Shown: positions 35,788 through 46,157 of the stretch, piece after piece | Position numbering within the stretch: the stretch's first letter is position 1 | How the letters are laid out: each line of letters starts with the position of its first letter | Assembly: GCA_049968255.1 (NCBI GenBank) | Contig: JBMFRB010000002.1 | Location: 288,001 to 352,000 of the forward strand | Length of the DNA stretch: 64,000 nucleotides | From: Candidatus Sumerlaeaceae bacterium | GTDB lineage: Bacteria; Sumerlaeota; Sumerlaeia; Sumerlaeales; Sumerlaeaceae | Direction: 5' to 3' | Translations under genes and position numbers: made by a program | Notes under the pieces: model-generated | The model's database searches: none | Told to the model about the DNA's origin: nothing | The model's input: only the letters and a program-made list of their open reading frames with translations

Positions 35788-37671
35788 TCATTCGTACATG
35801 CTATCAATGAGTCGAGCAAATCTGGCCGTGATAACATTGCGTTTTGGCTTCAGGGTTTGCGTCAGCAAACCATTTTCAGGCGAAAACGGCTCTTCGAGCA
35901 GGCGCACGTGCTGGATGAATTCATAAACACGAAAGTTTCCGTCTTTTTTCAGCGTTGCGTTGATGCTTTCCTTTACAATCCGTGCCGCGTCAGGATGGCT
36001 AATGATGTCCGCGGCTGGGGTGTCGGTGGGAAGCTGAAGAGCCACGGCAAGCTGAGCAAAATCTGGCACAACCAAGGCACCTAGTGCTTTTTTATCCTGT
36101 CCGACAACCACGATTTGCTGAACGAGAGGGCTCTTGCGTGCAACCGATTCGATTGGCTCTGGCTCGACATTCTCTCCGCTAGACAGGACAATGGTGTCCT
36201 TAGCACGTCCGCAGATAACCAGATGGCCCTGCCAAGTAAACCATCCCAAATCGCCTGTATTGAACCATCCATCCTCCGTGAGGACTCTTTTTGTTTCTTC
36301 ATCGTTCCGATAGTATCCGGACATGACTTGCGGCCCTTTGGCCCAGATAACACCAGTTTTCCCGGGAGGCAGAACCTGGCCGTCCTCATCACGGATTTCG
36401 ATCGTTGTTCCGAGGAGTGGTTTCCCCACCGTGCCCCGTATGTTTTCTTTCAGTGTGCGCACTGCTAGCACTGGCGATGTCTCTGTGAGTCCGTAGCCAT
36501 TGAGAATTGGGATCCCAACAGCTTCAAAAAAATCATCAAGATAGGGAGCAAGCGAGCCTCCCCCGCTGACGGCTGCCTTGAGCCGCGAGCCTGTCATTGT
36601 TCGAATTTTACGATAAAGCAGCAAATCCGCGAGCAAATGCGGAACGGTGAGAATGAGCATGCTGAGTGTGGCCTTCCACTTTTCGCCGAGTGTAGGCGGA
36701 GCCGCAGCGGCGTTGTGCTCGCGCACGATTCGACGATTCTTGATGTAGTGACGACTCAGATCAAGCAGTTTCAGAACTAAGGCACGGCGGCCACGGGGGA
36801 ATTTATCCAGTTTTGCCATGATGGCGTCATAGACCGACTCCCAAATCCGCGGAACGCAGGGAAGAAAAGCGGGATTGGCTTTGCTCATGTCGTCGCGTAG
36901 CCAGCGCTTATCCGTGTAGTAAATCGTTGTGCCGTGATACATGCCAAAATACTCGGCGATCCGCTCGTAGACATGCCATGACGGCAAAATGGAGAGAAGT
37001 ACATCACCCGGCTTGATCTCAAACCCGAGGTCTATCGCTTCGCACTGGTAGAGAAAATTCCTGTGGCGTAGAGGTACTCCCTTGGGAATGCCTGTGGTAC
37101 CAGAAGTATAGACGATGGCCGCAATGTCATCGCTGGTTGTTGCCTGGCACGCGTCGTCGAAGGTTGATGTCAATGTGGCGCCTTTATGTACAGTTTCTTC
37201 GAAATCGTAGATCTCGAGGCCGGAATCCCGGCGCATTGCGCTAGCTGAGTTGTCGAACATGATGAGGCACTGAAGGCTGGGTGCGCCAGAGATCTCTTTA
37301 GCAAGCCGGTCAAAAAGTTTTCGGTTTTCGAGAATGACGACCTTCGCTTCGCTATGATTAATAATGTACCAGATTTCTGCAAGACTCGTATCCGAGCCGC
37401 GCGGCACACTGATGGCGCCAATGGAGAGAATGGCGAGGTCGGAAATGATCCACTCCGGCTGGTTATCTGATATAAGAGCAATCCGATCGCCTTTCTGAAC
37501 TCCAAGCGCAAGCAAGCCGGCTCCGAAAGCACGCACCTTTTCTCCCATTTCTCCGTAGGTCATGAGTAACGGGGGATTGCGGTGCGGGGCGTGAAGAGCG
37601 GGGATGTGGCCATATTTTTCTACGCAATTTTGAAAGACGGCGCCGATTGTTGAACTCATGAGCCCTACCAC
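35788..37671 (-). CDS. Long-chain fatty acid-CoA ligase (AMP-dependent synthetase)
   Basis: YTSGTTGIPKG, GYGLTE, TGDLG, GRAKD and TLKPKR motifs. Confidence 0.93.
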   Translation of the reverse strand: MVGLMSSTIGAVFQNCVEKYGHIPALHAPHRNPPLLMTYGEMGEKVRAFGAGLLALGVQKGDRIALISDNQPEWIISDLAILSIGAISVPRGSDTSLAEIWYIINHSEAKVVILENRKLFDRLAKEISGAPSLQCLIMFDNSASAMRRDSGLEIYDFEETVHKGATLTSTFDDACQATTSDDIAAIVYTSGTTGIPKGVPLRHRNFLYQCEAIDLGFEIKPGDVLLSILPSWHVYERIAEYFGMYHGTTIYYTDKRWLRDDMSKANPAFLPCVPRIWESVYDAIMAKLDKFPRGRRALVLKLLDLSRHYIKNRRIVREHNAAAAPPTLGEKWKATLSMLILTVPHLLADLLLYRKIRTMTGSRLKAAVSGGGSLAPYLDDFFEAVGIPILNGYGLTETSPVLAVRTLKENIRGTVGKPLLGTTIEIRDEDGQVLPPGKTGVIWAKGPQVMSGYYRNDEETKRVLTEDGWFNTGDLGWFTWQGHLVICGRAKDTIVLSSGENVEPEPIESVARKSPLVQQIVVVGQDKKALGALVVPDFAQLAVALQLPTDTPAADIISHPDAARIVKESINATLKKDGNFRVYEFIQHVRLLEEPFSPENGLLTQTLKPKRNVITARFARLIDSMYE

Positions 37672-37817
37672 TATGGCATTTGCATCAGAGAGTGAACATT
37701 TCTGCCAGATCCAGCTCTTGTGGCAACGTTTTTTGTTTGAAAAACGCCGCGCCGCGAAATGGCTTCACGTGACCTTTCTCCGGCCAAGCAGCTGTTCACT
37801 GGGTAAAAGAAAGAACA

Positions 37818-39293
37818 TCACATTGCCCCGTAACCCGTGGCCACGACATAGATGGTTTTGAGCAAAATTTTGAAATCGAGCCAAAGCGACCAGTTATCGA
37901 TATACTCCAGGTCTAGCTTCATCCAAACATCGAACGGTAGTTTGTTGCGACCATTCACCTGCCAAAGACATGTGATACCTGGTTTCATGGAAAGACGCCG
38001 GCGCTGCCAGCGATCGTATTTCTCCACTTCTGAGGGGATGGGTGGGCGCGGCCCCACAAGACTCATCTCACCACGCAGTACATTCCACAGTTGTGGTAGC
38101 TCATCTATGCTTGTCTTGCGGATGAACTTGCCGATGGGGGTGATGCGTGGATCGTCGCGCATTTTAAACACAGGGCCACCCATGAGGTTTTTGTCGCGCA
38201 GCTTGTCCACCTCTTTGTCGGCGCCGACCCTCATCGAGCGAAATTTCCAACACGTGAAGCGTTTGCCATTGAGCCCGCAGCGCGTTTGTCCGTAAAAAAT
38301 CGGGTCGCTCCACGATTCGGATGTTATCTTTATAAGAATAGCAGTGACGATGAAAACGGGTGATAGCAGAACGAGGAGAACGAAAGCAGCCACCCGATCA
38401 AATGCGTATTTGAAAAGCAAGGCGCCGTTCATTTCCCGCGTTGGGAAATAGGAAACCATGGGAACGGTTTCGAACATATCAAGCACGGGGCGCGCAATGC
38501 TGGGTCGAAAGAAGTTGAGCGACAGGCGCGTGCGAATTCCCATTTCTTCGCATTGTTCAAAATACGGCGCAAGGAGTGCCAAGGGAGTGGATTCGGGAAG
38601 GAAAACGACCTCGTCGACAGGCTGCTTCTCCAAAAAGGGAACCAGCGATTTCAAAGTGCCGACGACGGGGATGTTTTGGACAAATTTGGCTTCACGGCTA
38701 GTGTCGTCCACAATCCCGATAATCCTGAACCCCCACCAGGGGTGATCTTCGATCAATTTGAGAAAACGCCGTAAGGACTCACCACTTCCCACAAGCAGGA
38801 GTGTGTGCTCCTTAGTTGAGGCCATGCGCCACCGGCAAAGCATGCGCTGAATAATCGCGGTCTTGAGACCAAGTAGCACGATCAGAACGAATGGGAAAAT
38901 AATAATGACAGAGCGGCTAATTTTCTCGATTCCTACGGGGGCAACCTCGCTGCGCGAAGAACGTCCCTGGACAAAAAAGGCGATCACAATAAGACCAACC
39001 GTCGCCTGAAATGCAGCGGTTAATAAAGTTCCGAGTGGCGTTTTGCCCTCTCCCCATTCAGAAAGGTCGTAATAACGCTGATGGGCAAGACACACAACAG
39101 TGACAACGGGAGCAGCGACGAACAACCACCAGTAGTCCTCGATTTGCGATGGTCCACGCAGAAGCGTAGGGAAAAAATATGGCGCCAGGATTTCGTTGCG
39201 AAGCCAATGAGCGGCCGCGACGCTTGCAGCAGCCACTACTGCGTCGGCAAGCATGTTGACACGCGAGAATATATAGCGGCGCTCTTTTAGCAT
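37818..39293 (-). CDS. Polyprenyl-phosphate sugar phosphotransferase (WcaJ/WbaP-like)
   Basis: N-terminal TMs, CoA-binding-like domain, and KFRSM, DELPQL, MSLVGPRP, KPGIT motifs. Confidence 0.94.
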   Translation of the reverse strand: MLKERRYIFSRVNMLADAVVAAASVAAAHWLRNEILAPYFFPTLLRGPSQIEDYWWLFVAAPVVTVVCLAHQRYYDLSEWGEGKTPLGTLLTAAFQATVGLIVIAFFVQGRSSRSEVAPVGIEKISRSVIIIFPFVLIVLLGLKTAIIQRMLCRWRMASTKEHTLLLVGSGESLRRFLKLIEDHPWWGFRIIGIVDDTSREAKFVQNIPVVGTLKSLVPFLEKQPVDEVVFLPESTPLALLAPYFEQCEEMGIRTRLSLNFFRPSIARPVLDMFETVPMVSYFPTREMNGALLFKYAFDRVAAFVLLVLLSPVFIVTAILIKITSESWSDPIFYGQTRCGLNGKRFTCWKFRSMRVGADKEVDKLRDKNLMGGPVFKMRDDPRITPIGKFIRKTSIDELPQLWNVLRGEMSLVGPRPPIPSEVEKYDRWQRRRLSMKPGITCLWQVNGRNKLPFDVWMKLDLEYIDNWSLWLDFKILLKTIYVVATGYGAM

Positions 39294-39361
39294 CCCACAA
39301 GAATCTACCTAATCTTTCAAATGTTCATCGGGCCTCAGGCTCGTGCGGTGTCGCTAGCTTT

Positions 39362-40213
39362 TCAGAATCGCACGTTATCGATTAAGCGTGTTTTGCCGAG
39401 AAAAACCGCCGCCGCAACCATCGTGTTTCCGAATTCGACCTGTTTCAGAGGTGCCAGGTTATCAAGGCGAACTATTTCCACATAGTCCACAACGCCCCCC
39501 ATATTTTCTCCGAGAGTGTGCAGAATTTTTTCCCGAAGAATCTGGGAATCCAGGCATCGCCCACTGACGGCCAACTCCTTCGCTTCGGTCAGAGCTCGGT
39601 AAAGCCAGGGCGCTCGCTCTCGTTCTTCGGGCGAAAGGTAAGTATTTCGCGAGCTCATGGCCAGTCCATCAGCTTCGCGAACCGTCTCGACGCCGACGAT
39701 TTCCATAGGAAAGTTCAGGTCAGCTACCATCTTCTTGATGATGAGCAGCTGTTGCGCATCCTTCCAACCGAAGACGGCGAAATCGGGCTCGACGATATTA
39801 AACAGTTTTGCCACGATCGTACAAACGCCCCGAAAGTGGCCTGGACGCGATTTGCCACAGAGTACGGAACCCATAGGCCCAGGATCTACAGTCACCTGCA
39901 TATCCGACGGTGTGATGAGTGCGGCTGATGGGTAAAATAAGATTGTTCCGCCAGCTTCATCGATGACCTTTTTGTCATGCTCGATATCGCGCGGATAGCG
40001 CTCAAAATCTTCATTCGGTCCGAACTGCAAGGGATTGACGAAGACCGAGACAACGACTACAGGGGCAAGCTCCGCCGCTTTTCGAATGAGCGTGGCGTGC
40101 CCCTCGTGCAAATACCCCATCGTGGGCACAAAGGCAATAGCCTGATTAGACCTTTTAGCCGCCTGTAAGGTCGAGCGCAGCAATCCAATTGTATCATAAA
40201 TCTCTAGTTTCAT
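39362..40213 (-). CDS. panC: Pantoate-beta-alanine ligase
   Basis: VPTMGYLHEGH, VNPLQF, RPGHF, GLAMSSRN and RLIDN motifs. Start taken at ATG 40213. Confidence 0.97.
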   Translation of the reverse strand: MKLEIYDTIGLLRSTLQAAKRSNQAIAFVPTMGYLHEGHATLIRKAAELAPVVVVSVFVNPLQFGPNEDFERYPRDIEHDKKVIDEAGGTILFYPSAALITPSDMQVTVDPGPMGSVLCGKSRPGHFRGVCTIVAKLFNIVEPDFAVFGWKDAQQLLIIKKMVADLNFPMEIVGVETVREADGLAMSSRNTYLSPEERERAPWLYRALTEAKELAVSGRCLDSQILREKILHTLGENMGGVVDYVEIVRLDNLAPLKQVEFGNTMVAAAVFLGKTRLIDNVRF

Positions 40214-40336
40214 AAAATCCTTGCTAGGCAAAGCCACGTTGTTGCTCAAGCGTATATGAGACGCGCGTTCAGCAGGGGGACAAACACAATCTGATGGTAT
40301 TTGACATTTTACGGAGGAGGGCGGATCCGAAGTCCT

Positions 40337-42871
40337 ATGACTCAGAAACACAAAATCGTGTGCGTACTTTTCTTAACCGCGGTTTTTTTTGTTTCGGCAA
40401 GTGGGCATGCCGACAAACTTGTTTTTCGTACGGGTAGTGTGATCGAGGGGATAATTCTTGAGGAAACAGCGGACCATATTCTTTTTCGCGATCGCAGCGG
40501 AGAAGTCCGCAGCTATAGCAAAACGTTGTTGCAGTCCGTTCAGCGCGAGGAGTCCGCGCTTGGCACCAGTGTGGCGGATGTATTGCAGCGTGCTAGGAGT
40601 TATCGCCAAGCAGGCAAATTCGACGCCGCGCTGGAGGTTCTCGTGCAAGCAGCCGCGAATGCGCCTGGAAGTGCCAACGCTTTGTCTGAGGAATTTCAGG
40701 CGACGCTCTTCCAGCTCGATGCGGCGCTCAAGGAAGTGTATCCGCGCGATAAAAGACGAGCTCGCGAACTTCTTGTCACAAGACAGAAAAGCTTGCAAAG
40801 CTCTGGGACTTTGCTTCTCGTCCCGGCCAGGGCAACTCTCGAGTCATGGCGAAAAGAAACCAGCAAATCACTAGCTGCGATAGACTATGAGTTGGCGGTG
40901 TCATTCTCGCAGCAGCCTAATAAACTTCCACAAATTCGGGAACTACTCCTCGAGGCTATTGCACTCGACCCACAAAACGCGAATGCACATCTTTATCTCG
41001 CGGATACGGCCCTGGCACTGGACGATATCGCATTGGCTATGCGCGAATATAAAACGGCGTTGGGATTTTCGGGAACAAGTACAGAATTTCGTCAGCGTGC
41101 CGAACAAGGCTTGCAGGTAGCTCAAGCTCGATTAGCAGCTCGGCAAACACCAGCTCCGGTGCGCACGCAACTCGAGTTGCAATCCCCACCAGGTACCCAA
41201 TCGCTCTCGCCACAGCCCGAGGCTCAGCCGTCGACAAAGTTTGCCGTCTGGCTGGCTATCGTGGAGCAGCGTCTGGAAAAAACTGGCATCATGGCTTATG
41301 TTCGCCCGGTCTGGCGCGAAATAAGTAGTGGAGAATACAATGCGTACCTTATTGGGGTCCCCTCTTTTGTTTTTGTGTTTTGGCTTCTCCCTTACTGGTT
41401 CGTCCGCTACCGCTCGAAAAATGGCGATGTGCTGGCAGCAGAGCTTCGTGAGCCCGCCAAGAAAATTGGTTTGGTGGCTTTACTGCTTTACCTCGGGCGT
41501 GCGTTGAAATCGGCAAAACCGAAAAACCGCTGTCCCTTTTGTAACAAGAGCCTCGATAAATTGGATGCTTACACGGATCTCAACTTCTACGCCTGCCCGC
41601 ACTGCCATGAACCGATAACGCCAATTTATGATCTCAAGGATTACATAGACCATCTCGTCAAACAGATCGAGCTCCAACTCAAGCACTCGAAAGAAAGCGT
41701 CATCGCGGGCGTCGAACGTGATCTCATGCTGAAGCTCGTGCGCGCGGTTATAACACTAGCAGTGCGCAGACGCGCCAGCGATTTGCATTTGGAGACCGAG
41801 GTCGACGGCGCCAAGCTCCGTGTCCGCATCGACGGCATGATGTACGATTTCATGCATTTACCGCGCAGCGTGTCGTTGGCGTTTATTTCGGCTTTGAAAA
41901 TCATGGCGAACCTCGACATCACCGAACGGCGAATTCCGCAGGACGGCAAGATCGGCATGTGGATAGATAAGGTAGATCTTGACCTACGCATCAACACCAG
42001 CCCCGCAGCCATGGGAGAAAAGGTCACTATTCGAATTTTAAATCCGAAAAGCATTGCTGTAGATCCGGTGCGGCTTGGCCTGGAGGGTGAGAATCTTGAA
42101 CGATTTGAACGAGCGATTCATCGTCCGCACGGCATGATTATCGTCACTGGGCCGGCTGGCTCAGGCAAGTCTACCACGCTTTACGTGGCACTGAACCTCA
42201 TCAACACAGGGGAAAAGAACATTGTGACCTTAGAGGACCCCATCGAGTACCAGATCAAAGGGGCGTCGCAAATGCAGGTCAACCCTGCTACCAATTTTAC
42301 TTTTGCCACGGGACTGCGTTCAATCCTTCGCCAGGATCCCGATGTGATTATGGTCGGCGAGATTCGGGATTCTGAAACAGCCGAGATTGCGGTCGAAGCT
42401 GCTTTGACTGGGCACTTGCTGCTGACAACTCTTCACACGATTGATTCGGCCACAGCGTTCGCGCGCATGGCAGATCTTGGTGTGGACACATCGCGGATGG
42501 CAAGTGCGCTCATTTGCATCATTGCCCAACGTCTCGTCCGCACGATCTGCCCGAACTGTAAGAAACCTTACAAACCAAAACGAGAGCTGCTTGAGCAACT
42601 CAACGTCGTCGAAGTACCACGGGATTTCACTTTCGTGCATGGGGCAGGCTGTGCCGAGTGCATGAATACAGGCTACTGTGGCAGAATGGGATTGTTTGAA
42701 TTCCTCATGCCCGATGACCAGATGCGCGAGGTGCTCGAAGGGGCCCCGCCTGTGTCAGTTATCAGAGAACTCTCGCGGAAAAAAGGATTTGCTTCGCTGA
42801 AAGAAGAAGGTGTGCGTCGAGTGCTCAGCGGACTCACAACTGTCGAAGAAGTTTTGCGGGTGACAAGCTGA
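40337..42871 (+). CDS. PilB/GspE-family secretion ATPase with an N-terminal signal peptide, TPR region and TM segment
   Basis: RASDLHLE, PQDG, GPAGSGKST, LRQDPDVIMVGEIRD, TGHLLLTTLH and CPNC..CAEC motifs; N-terminal half atypical. Confidence 0.9.
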   Translation: MTQKHKIVCVLFLTAVFFVSASGHADKLVFRTGSVIEGIILEETADHILFRDRSGEVRSYSKTLLQSVQREESALGTSVADVLQRARSYRQAGKFDAALEVLVQAAANAPGSANALSEEFQATLFQLDAALKEVYPRDKRRARELLVTRQKSLQSSGTLLLVPARATLESWRKETSKSLAAIDYELAVSFSQQPNKLPQIRELLLEAIALDPQNANAHLYLADTALALDDIALAMREYKTALGFSGTSTEFRQRAEQGLQVAQARLAARQTPAPVRTQLELQSPPGTQSLSPQPEAQPSTKFAVWLAIVEQRLEKTGIMAYVRPVWREISSGEYNAYLIGVPSFVFVFWLLPYWFVRYRSKNGDVLAAELREPAKKIGLVALLLYLGRALKSAKPKNRCPFCNKSLDKLDAYTDLNFYACPHCHEPITPIYDLKDYIDHLVKQIELQLKHSKESVIAGVERDLMLKLVRAVITLAVRRRASDLHLETEVDGAKLRVRIDGMMYDFMHLPRSVSLAFISALKIMANLDITERRIPQDGKIGMWIDKVDLDLRINTSPAAMGEKVTIRILNPKSIAVDPVRLGLEGENLERFERAIHRPHGMIIVTGPAGSGKSTTLYVALNLINTGEKNIVTLEDPIEYQIKGASQMQVNPATNFTFATGLRSILRQDPDVIMVGEIRDSETAEIAVEAALTGHLLLTTLHTIDSATAFARMADLGVDTSRMASALICIIAQRLVRTICPNCKKPYKPKRELLEQLNVVEVPRDFTFVHGAGCAECMNTGYCGRMGLFEFLMPDDQMREVLEGAPPVSVIRELSRKKGFASLKEEGVRRVLSGLTTVEEVLRVTS

Positions 42872-42885
42872 TCGGCGCGCCCAGA

Positions 42886-44085
42886 CTAGTCCATTGGCCA
42901 GTTGGGATCGCGGCTGAGGGCTTTCTCATCGGGAAAGCCGAGAACTTCGTAGTAGAGTTCCAGATATTGGCGAACGATTTTTCTTTCGCTGAAGAGTCGT
43001 TGTGCGCGTAAGCGTCCAGCACGTCCAAGACGGCTGGCTAATTCGCGGTCAGCAAAGATTCGCGTGACAGCTTCTGCCAAGCAGCCAATGTCGCCAACGG
43101 GACAAAGAAAGCCCGTTTTTCCGTGCTCAACCACTTCGCTGAGTCCACTGCCTTCAGTGCCAACAACAGGAACGCCACTAGCCATGGCCTCTAGTGCAGC
43201 CATTCCAAAAGATTCGTACTCACTTGGCAAAATGAGTGCATCGGCTAAACTATAGAAGTCTTCGATATTTGGATATTTACCTAAAAAGATAACATCCTTC
43301 GAGAGCTTAAGGCGATGAGCAAGTTTTTCCGCATGGGGACGTTCCGGACCGTCGCCTATAAGAATGAGCTTTGATGGAACCGCTTTCCGCACGATGTTGA
43401 ATGCTCCCACAACGTCGCGCACTCGCTTGACTGGCCGAAAATTCGACACGTGGAGAAGGACCTTCTCCTGCAGTGAGGCAAAGCATTCGCGAGACAGGCG
43501 TCTTGGACCTGGCCGAAAACGTGAGCAATCTACGAAATTGTAAATGACCGTCGGTGGCGTGTTTAGGGCGAATCCTTTTTCTGCACGTTGGGCAAGCCAA
43601 GCCGAGACGGCGGTTATTGCGTCGCTCTGCTCAAGAGCCCACTGCGAGAGCTCATAGAAGCTTGTTGTTCTGCCTACTAAGGTAACGTCCGTGCCATGAG
43701 CAGTCGTGATGAGCTTCGTGCGCGTGTTTTTTGTTACAAGCCGCGCCAAAGCTGCGACAATTGCGTGCGGAACAACATAGTGGGCATGAAGAATGTCGAG
43801 ATCTTCTTGCCGAATGACCTTGGCAATGTGCGAAGCCAGGTCGAGGCCCATCATCGGCGCTGGAAAGACGTCATAGTGGAATTGCTCCACCTCGTGATAA
43901 AAGAGGTTTTCCATGAACTCGGCCTGCTGGAGACGGAACGGGAGTTGGGGACTGAGAAAATGAACGCGATGGCCAAGACGCGCGAGTGCCTTGCCAAGTT
44001 CCGTTGCAATGACACCAGACCCGCCATGAGAACCGAAACATGCAATGCCAATGTTCAGCAAACGTCCTTTGCGGCGAACGGCCAT
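42886..44085 (-). CDS. bshA: N-acetyl-alpha-D-glucosaminyl L-malate synthase (bacillithiol pathway)
   Basis: GGSGVIATELG, HAHYVVPHA, HGTDVTLVG, HVSNFRPVKR and ESFG motifs. Confidence 0.85.
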   Translation of the reverse strand: MAVRRKGRLLNIGIACFGSHGGSGVIATELGKALARLGHRVHFLSPQLPFRLQQAEFMENLFYHEVEQFHYDVFPAPMMGLDLASHIAKVIRQEDLDILHAHYVVPHAIVAALARLVTKNTRTKLITTAHGTDVTLVGRTTSFYELSQWALEQSDAITAVSAWLAQRAEKGFALNTPPTVIYNFVDCSRFRPGPRRLSRECFASLQEKVLLHVSNFRPVKRVRDVVGAFNIVRKAVPSKLILIGDGPERPHAEKLAHRLKLSKDVIFLGKYPNIEDFYSLADALILPSEYESFGMAALEAMASGVPVVGTEGSGLSEVVEHGKTGFLCPVGDIGCLAEAVTRIFADRELASRLGRAGRLRAQRLFSERKIVRQYLELYYEVLGFPDEKALSRDPNWPMD

Positions 44086-44107
44086 GGCCTTTCTCCTGGA
44101 TGTGGCT

Positions 44108-46024
44108 TCACCGCGGCAGTGGTTGCCGCATACCTCGAAGGTACACTAAAAGTATGCTGACATCCGCGGGGCTGACGCCAGCGATTCTCAGCGCTTGTCC
44201 CAGGGTTTCGGGGCGTTTCTGTGCAAGCTTTTGCGCAGCTTCTTTGCGCAGGCCTCGAACGGTAGCGTAATCAAAGTTCGGCGGAATCGGGTGATCATCA
44301 AGTCTGCGAAGCCTATCGACCTGGCTCTCCTGTCGCGCAATGTAACCAGCATATTTCACCATAAGCTCGACCTGCTCTATAACGCGTTGGCACTCGCAGG
44401 GAGACGTCTCCCACTCTAGCTCAAAAGGGGAGCCAAAGCCCAGTTGGGCCAGATCATGATACGTCATGTCGGGACGTGCCAAAAATTGCCAAAGAGACAA
44501 TCCCTTTTTCAAATCCGTAAGTCCGTACATCTCAGCAAGCGTCTCGGGCACATCATTCGGCCGAATGATGGTTGAACGCAGCCGATCGAGCTCTTTTTCG
44601 ATTGTCTGACGATAACGCACGAACTGGCCGTATCGTTCGTCGTCGATGAGCCCAAGCTTTCGTCCGAACTCTGTCAACCGCAGGTCAGCATTGTCTTGCC
44701 TGAGTAGCAGGCGGAACTCAGCGCGGGAAGTAAACATGCGATAGGGCTCAGTGTGATCTTTTGTGATGAGATCGTCAATGAGTACTCCGATATAGGCGTC
44801 GTTTCGACGAAGGACGAAAGGTTCTTCTTCCCGCACTCTTATAAGCACGGCGTTAATCCCGGCCATAAGCCCTTGAGCCGCTGCCTCTTCATAGCCCGTC
44901 GTGCCATTGATTTGACCAGCAAGAAAGAGCCCTCTTATGTTTTTACATTCAAGTGTAGTGCGAATCTGGGAGGGAAAAACAAAAGTGTACTCGATTGCGT
45001 ACCCTACCCGGGTTATGCGGGCTTGTTCTAGCCCTCGGATGGTGCGGAGAAATTGCCGCTGGATTTCTTCCGGCAGCGATGTGCTGACGCCGTTTACATA
45101 GATTTCATTTGTGTCAAGCCCCTCTGGCTCAAGGAATACCTGGTGGCGCTCCTTGTCAGCAAAGCGCACACACTTATCCTCGATGCTTGGGCAGTAGCGC
45201 GGCCCCACACTTTTGATGTAGCCGCCGTACATGGCGCTCCGATGCAAATTGTCTAAGATAATTTTATGGGTCTCGGCATTTGTGTAGGTTAGATAACACG
45301 GCAATTGGGGCAAAACTGGTCCGCGACTTGTAAAAGAAAACATGGGGGGGGGATTGTCGCTGTATTGTGGCTCGAGAATCTCCCAGTTGACTGATCTTCG
45401 ATCCAGCCTGGCGGGCGTTCCGGTCTTTAGCCGTCCCGTGTGTAATCCTAATTCTCGTAAAGATGTCGAAAGGGTTTCTGCAGCGCACTCCCCTGCTCGT
45501 CCTGCAGGAAATGAGCGGTCGCCAATGTGAATAATTCCGTCAAGAAAGGTTCCTGTAGTCACAATGACAGCGCGACAGGCGAGTGTTTCGCCAGTTTGTA
45601 AAACGACGGCCGTGATGTATGCTCCGCTACCGTCGCTTTGCCAAAGAAGCCTTTCCACTGTGCCTTGACGTAAGTCGAGGTTAGGAACGTTTTCGAGGAA
45701 ATACTTCATCCAACGCGCGTAGCGAATTTTGTCCACCTGTGCACGTGGAGCTCGGACAGCTGGCCCTTTAGAGGTGTTGAGCATGCGGAACTGAATGCCA
45801 TTCTGGTCCGTCGCAAGGCCCATAATGCCGCCGAGAGCGTCAATTTCGCGGACAAGATGTCCTTTCGCAAGACCGCCAACGCTGGGGTTGCAACTCATAA
45901 GTGCAATGTGATCAAGGTGCATTGTGAGCAAGAGCGTGCGCGCCCCCATCCGCGCCGCAGCATAGGCTGCTTCGCATCCGGCGTGCCCCGCCCCAACGAC
46001 GATGATGTCGTAGCGATTATCCAT
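44108..46024 (-). CDS. mnmG: tRNA U34 carboxymethylaminomethyl modification enzyme MnmG (GidA)
   Basis: GAGHAGCEAA, SCNPSVGG, GPRYCPSIEDK, GQINGTTGYEEAA and YRMFTSRAEFRL motifs. Confidence 0.97.
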   Translation of the reverse strand: MDNRYDIIVVGAGHAGCEAAYAAARMGARTLLLTMHLDHIALMSCNPSVGGLAKGHLVREIDALGGIMGLATDQNGIQFRMLNTSKGPAVRAPRAQVDKIRYARWMKYFLENVPNLDLRQGTVERLLWQSDGSGAYITAVVLQTGETLACRAVIVTTGTFLDGIIHIGDRSFPAGRAGECAAETLSTSLRELGLHTGRLKTGTPARLDRRSVNWEILEPQYSDNPPPMFSFTSRGPVLPQLPCYLTYTNAETHKIILDNLHRSAMYGGYIKSVGPRYCPSIEDKCVRFADKERHQVFLEPEGLDTNEIYVNGVSTSLPEEIQRQFLRTIRGLEQARITRVGYAIEYTFVFPSQIRTTLECKNIRGLFLAGQINGTTGYEEAAAQGLMAGINAVLIRVREEEPFVLRRNDAYIGVLIDDLITKDHTEPYRMFTSRAEFRLLLRQDNADLRLTEFGRKLGLIDDERYGQFVRYRQTIEKELDRLRSTIIRPNDVPETLAEMYGLTDLKKGLSLWQFLARPDMTYHDLAQLGFGSPFELEWETSPCECQRVIEQVELMVKYAGYIARQESQVDRLRRLDDHPIPPNFDYATVRGLRKEAAQKLAQKRPETLGQALRIAGVSPADVSILLVYLRGMRQPLPR

Positions 46025-46157
46025 GAATTATGCCACTCGGCTGAATGCGAACAGATTTTTACGACTATTTTTTCGCATGTTTTACTTACACATTTGGACG
46101 GTTTGAGTTCGTTTTTGTGCTAAGCAAACAGCAGCGCGAGTTTTCAGGAATTGTACG

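Noticed and set aside
46025-46157. oriC next to mnmG (gidA), as in enterobacteria
   Set aside because: The gap is short and has no DnaA boxes; it looks like a divergent promoter region.
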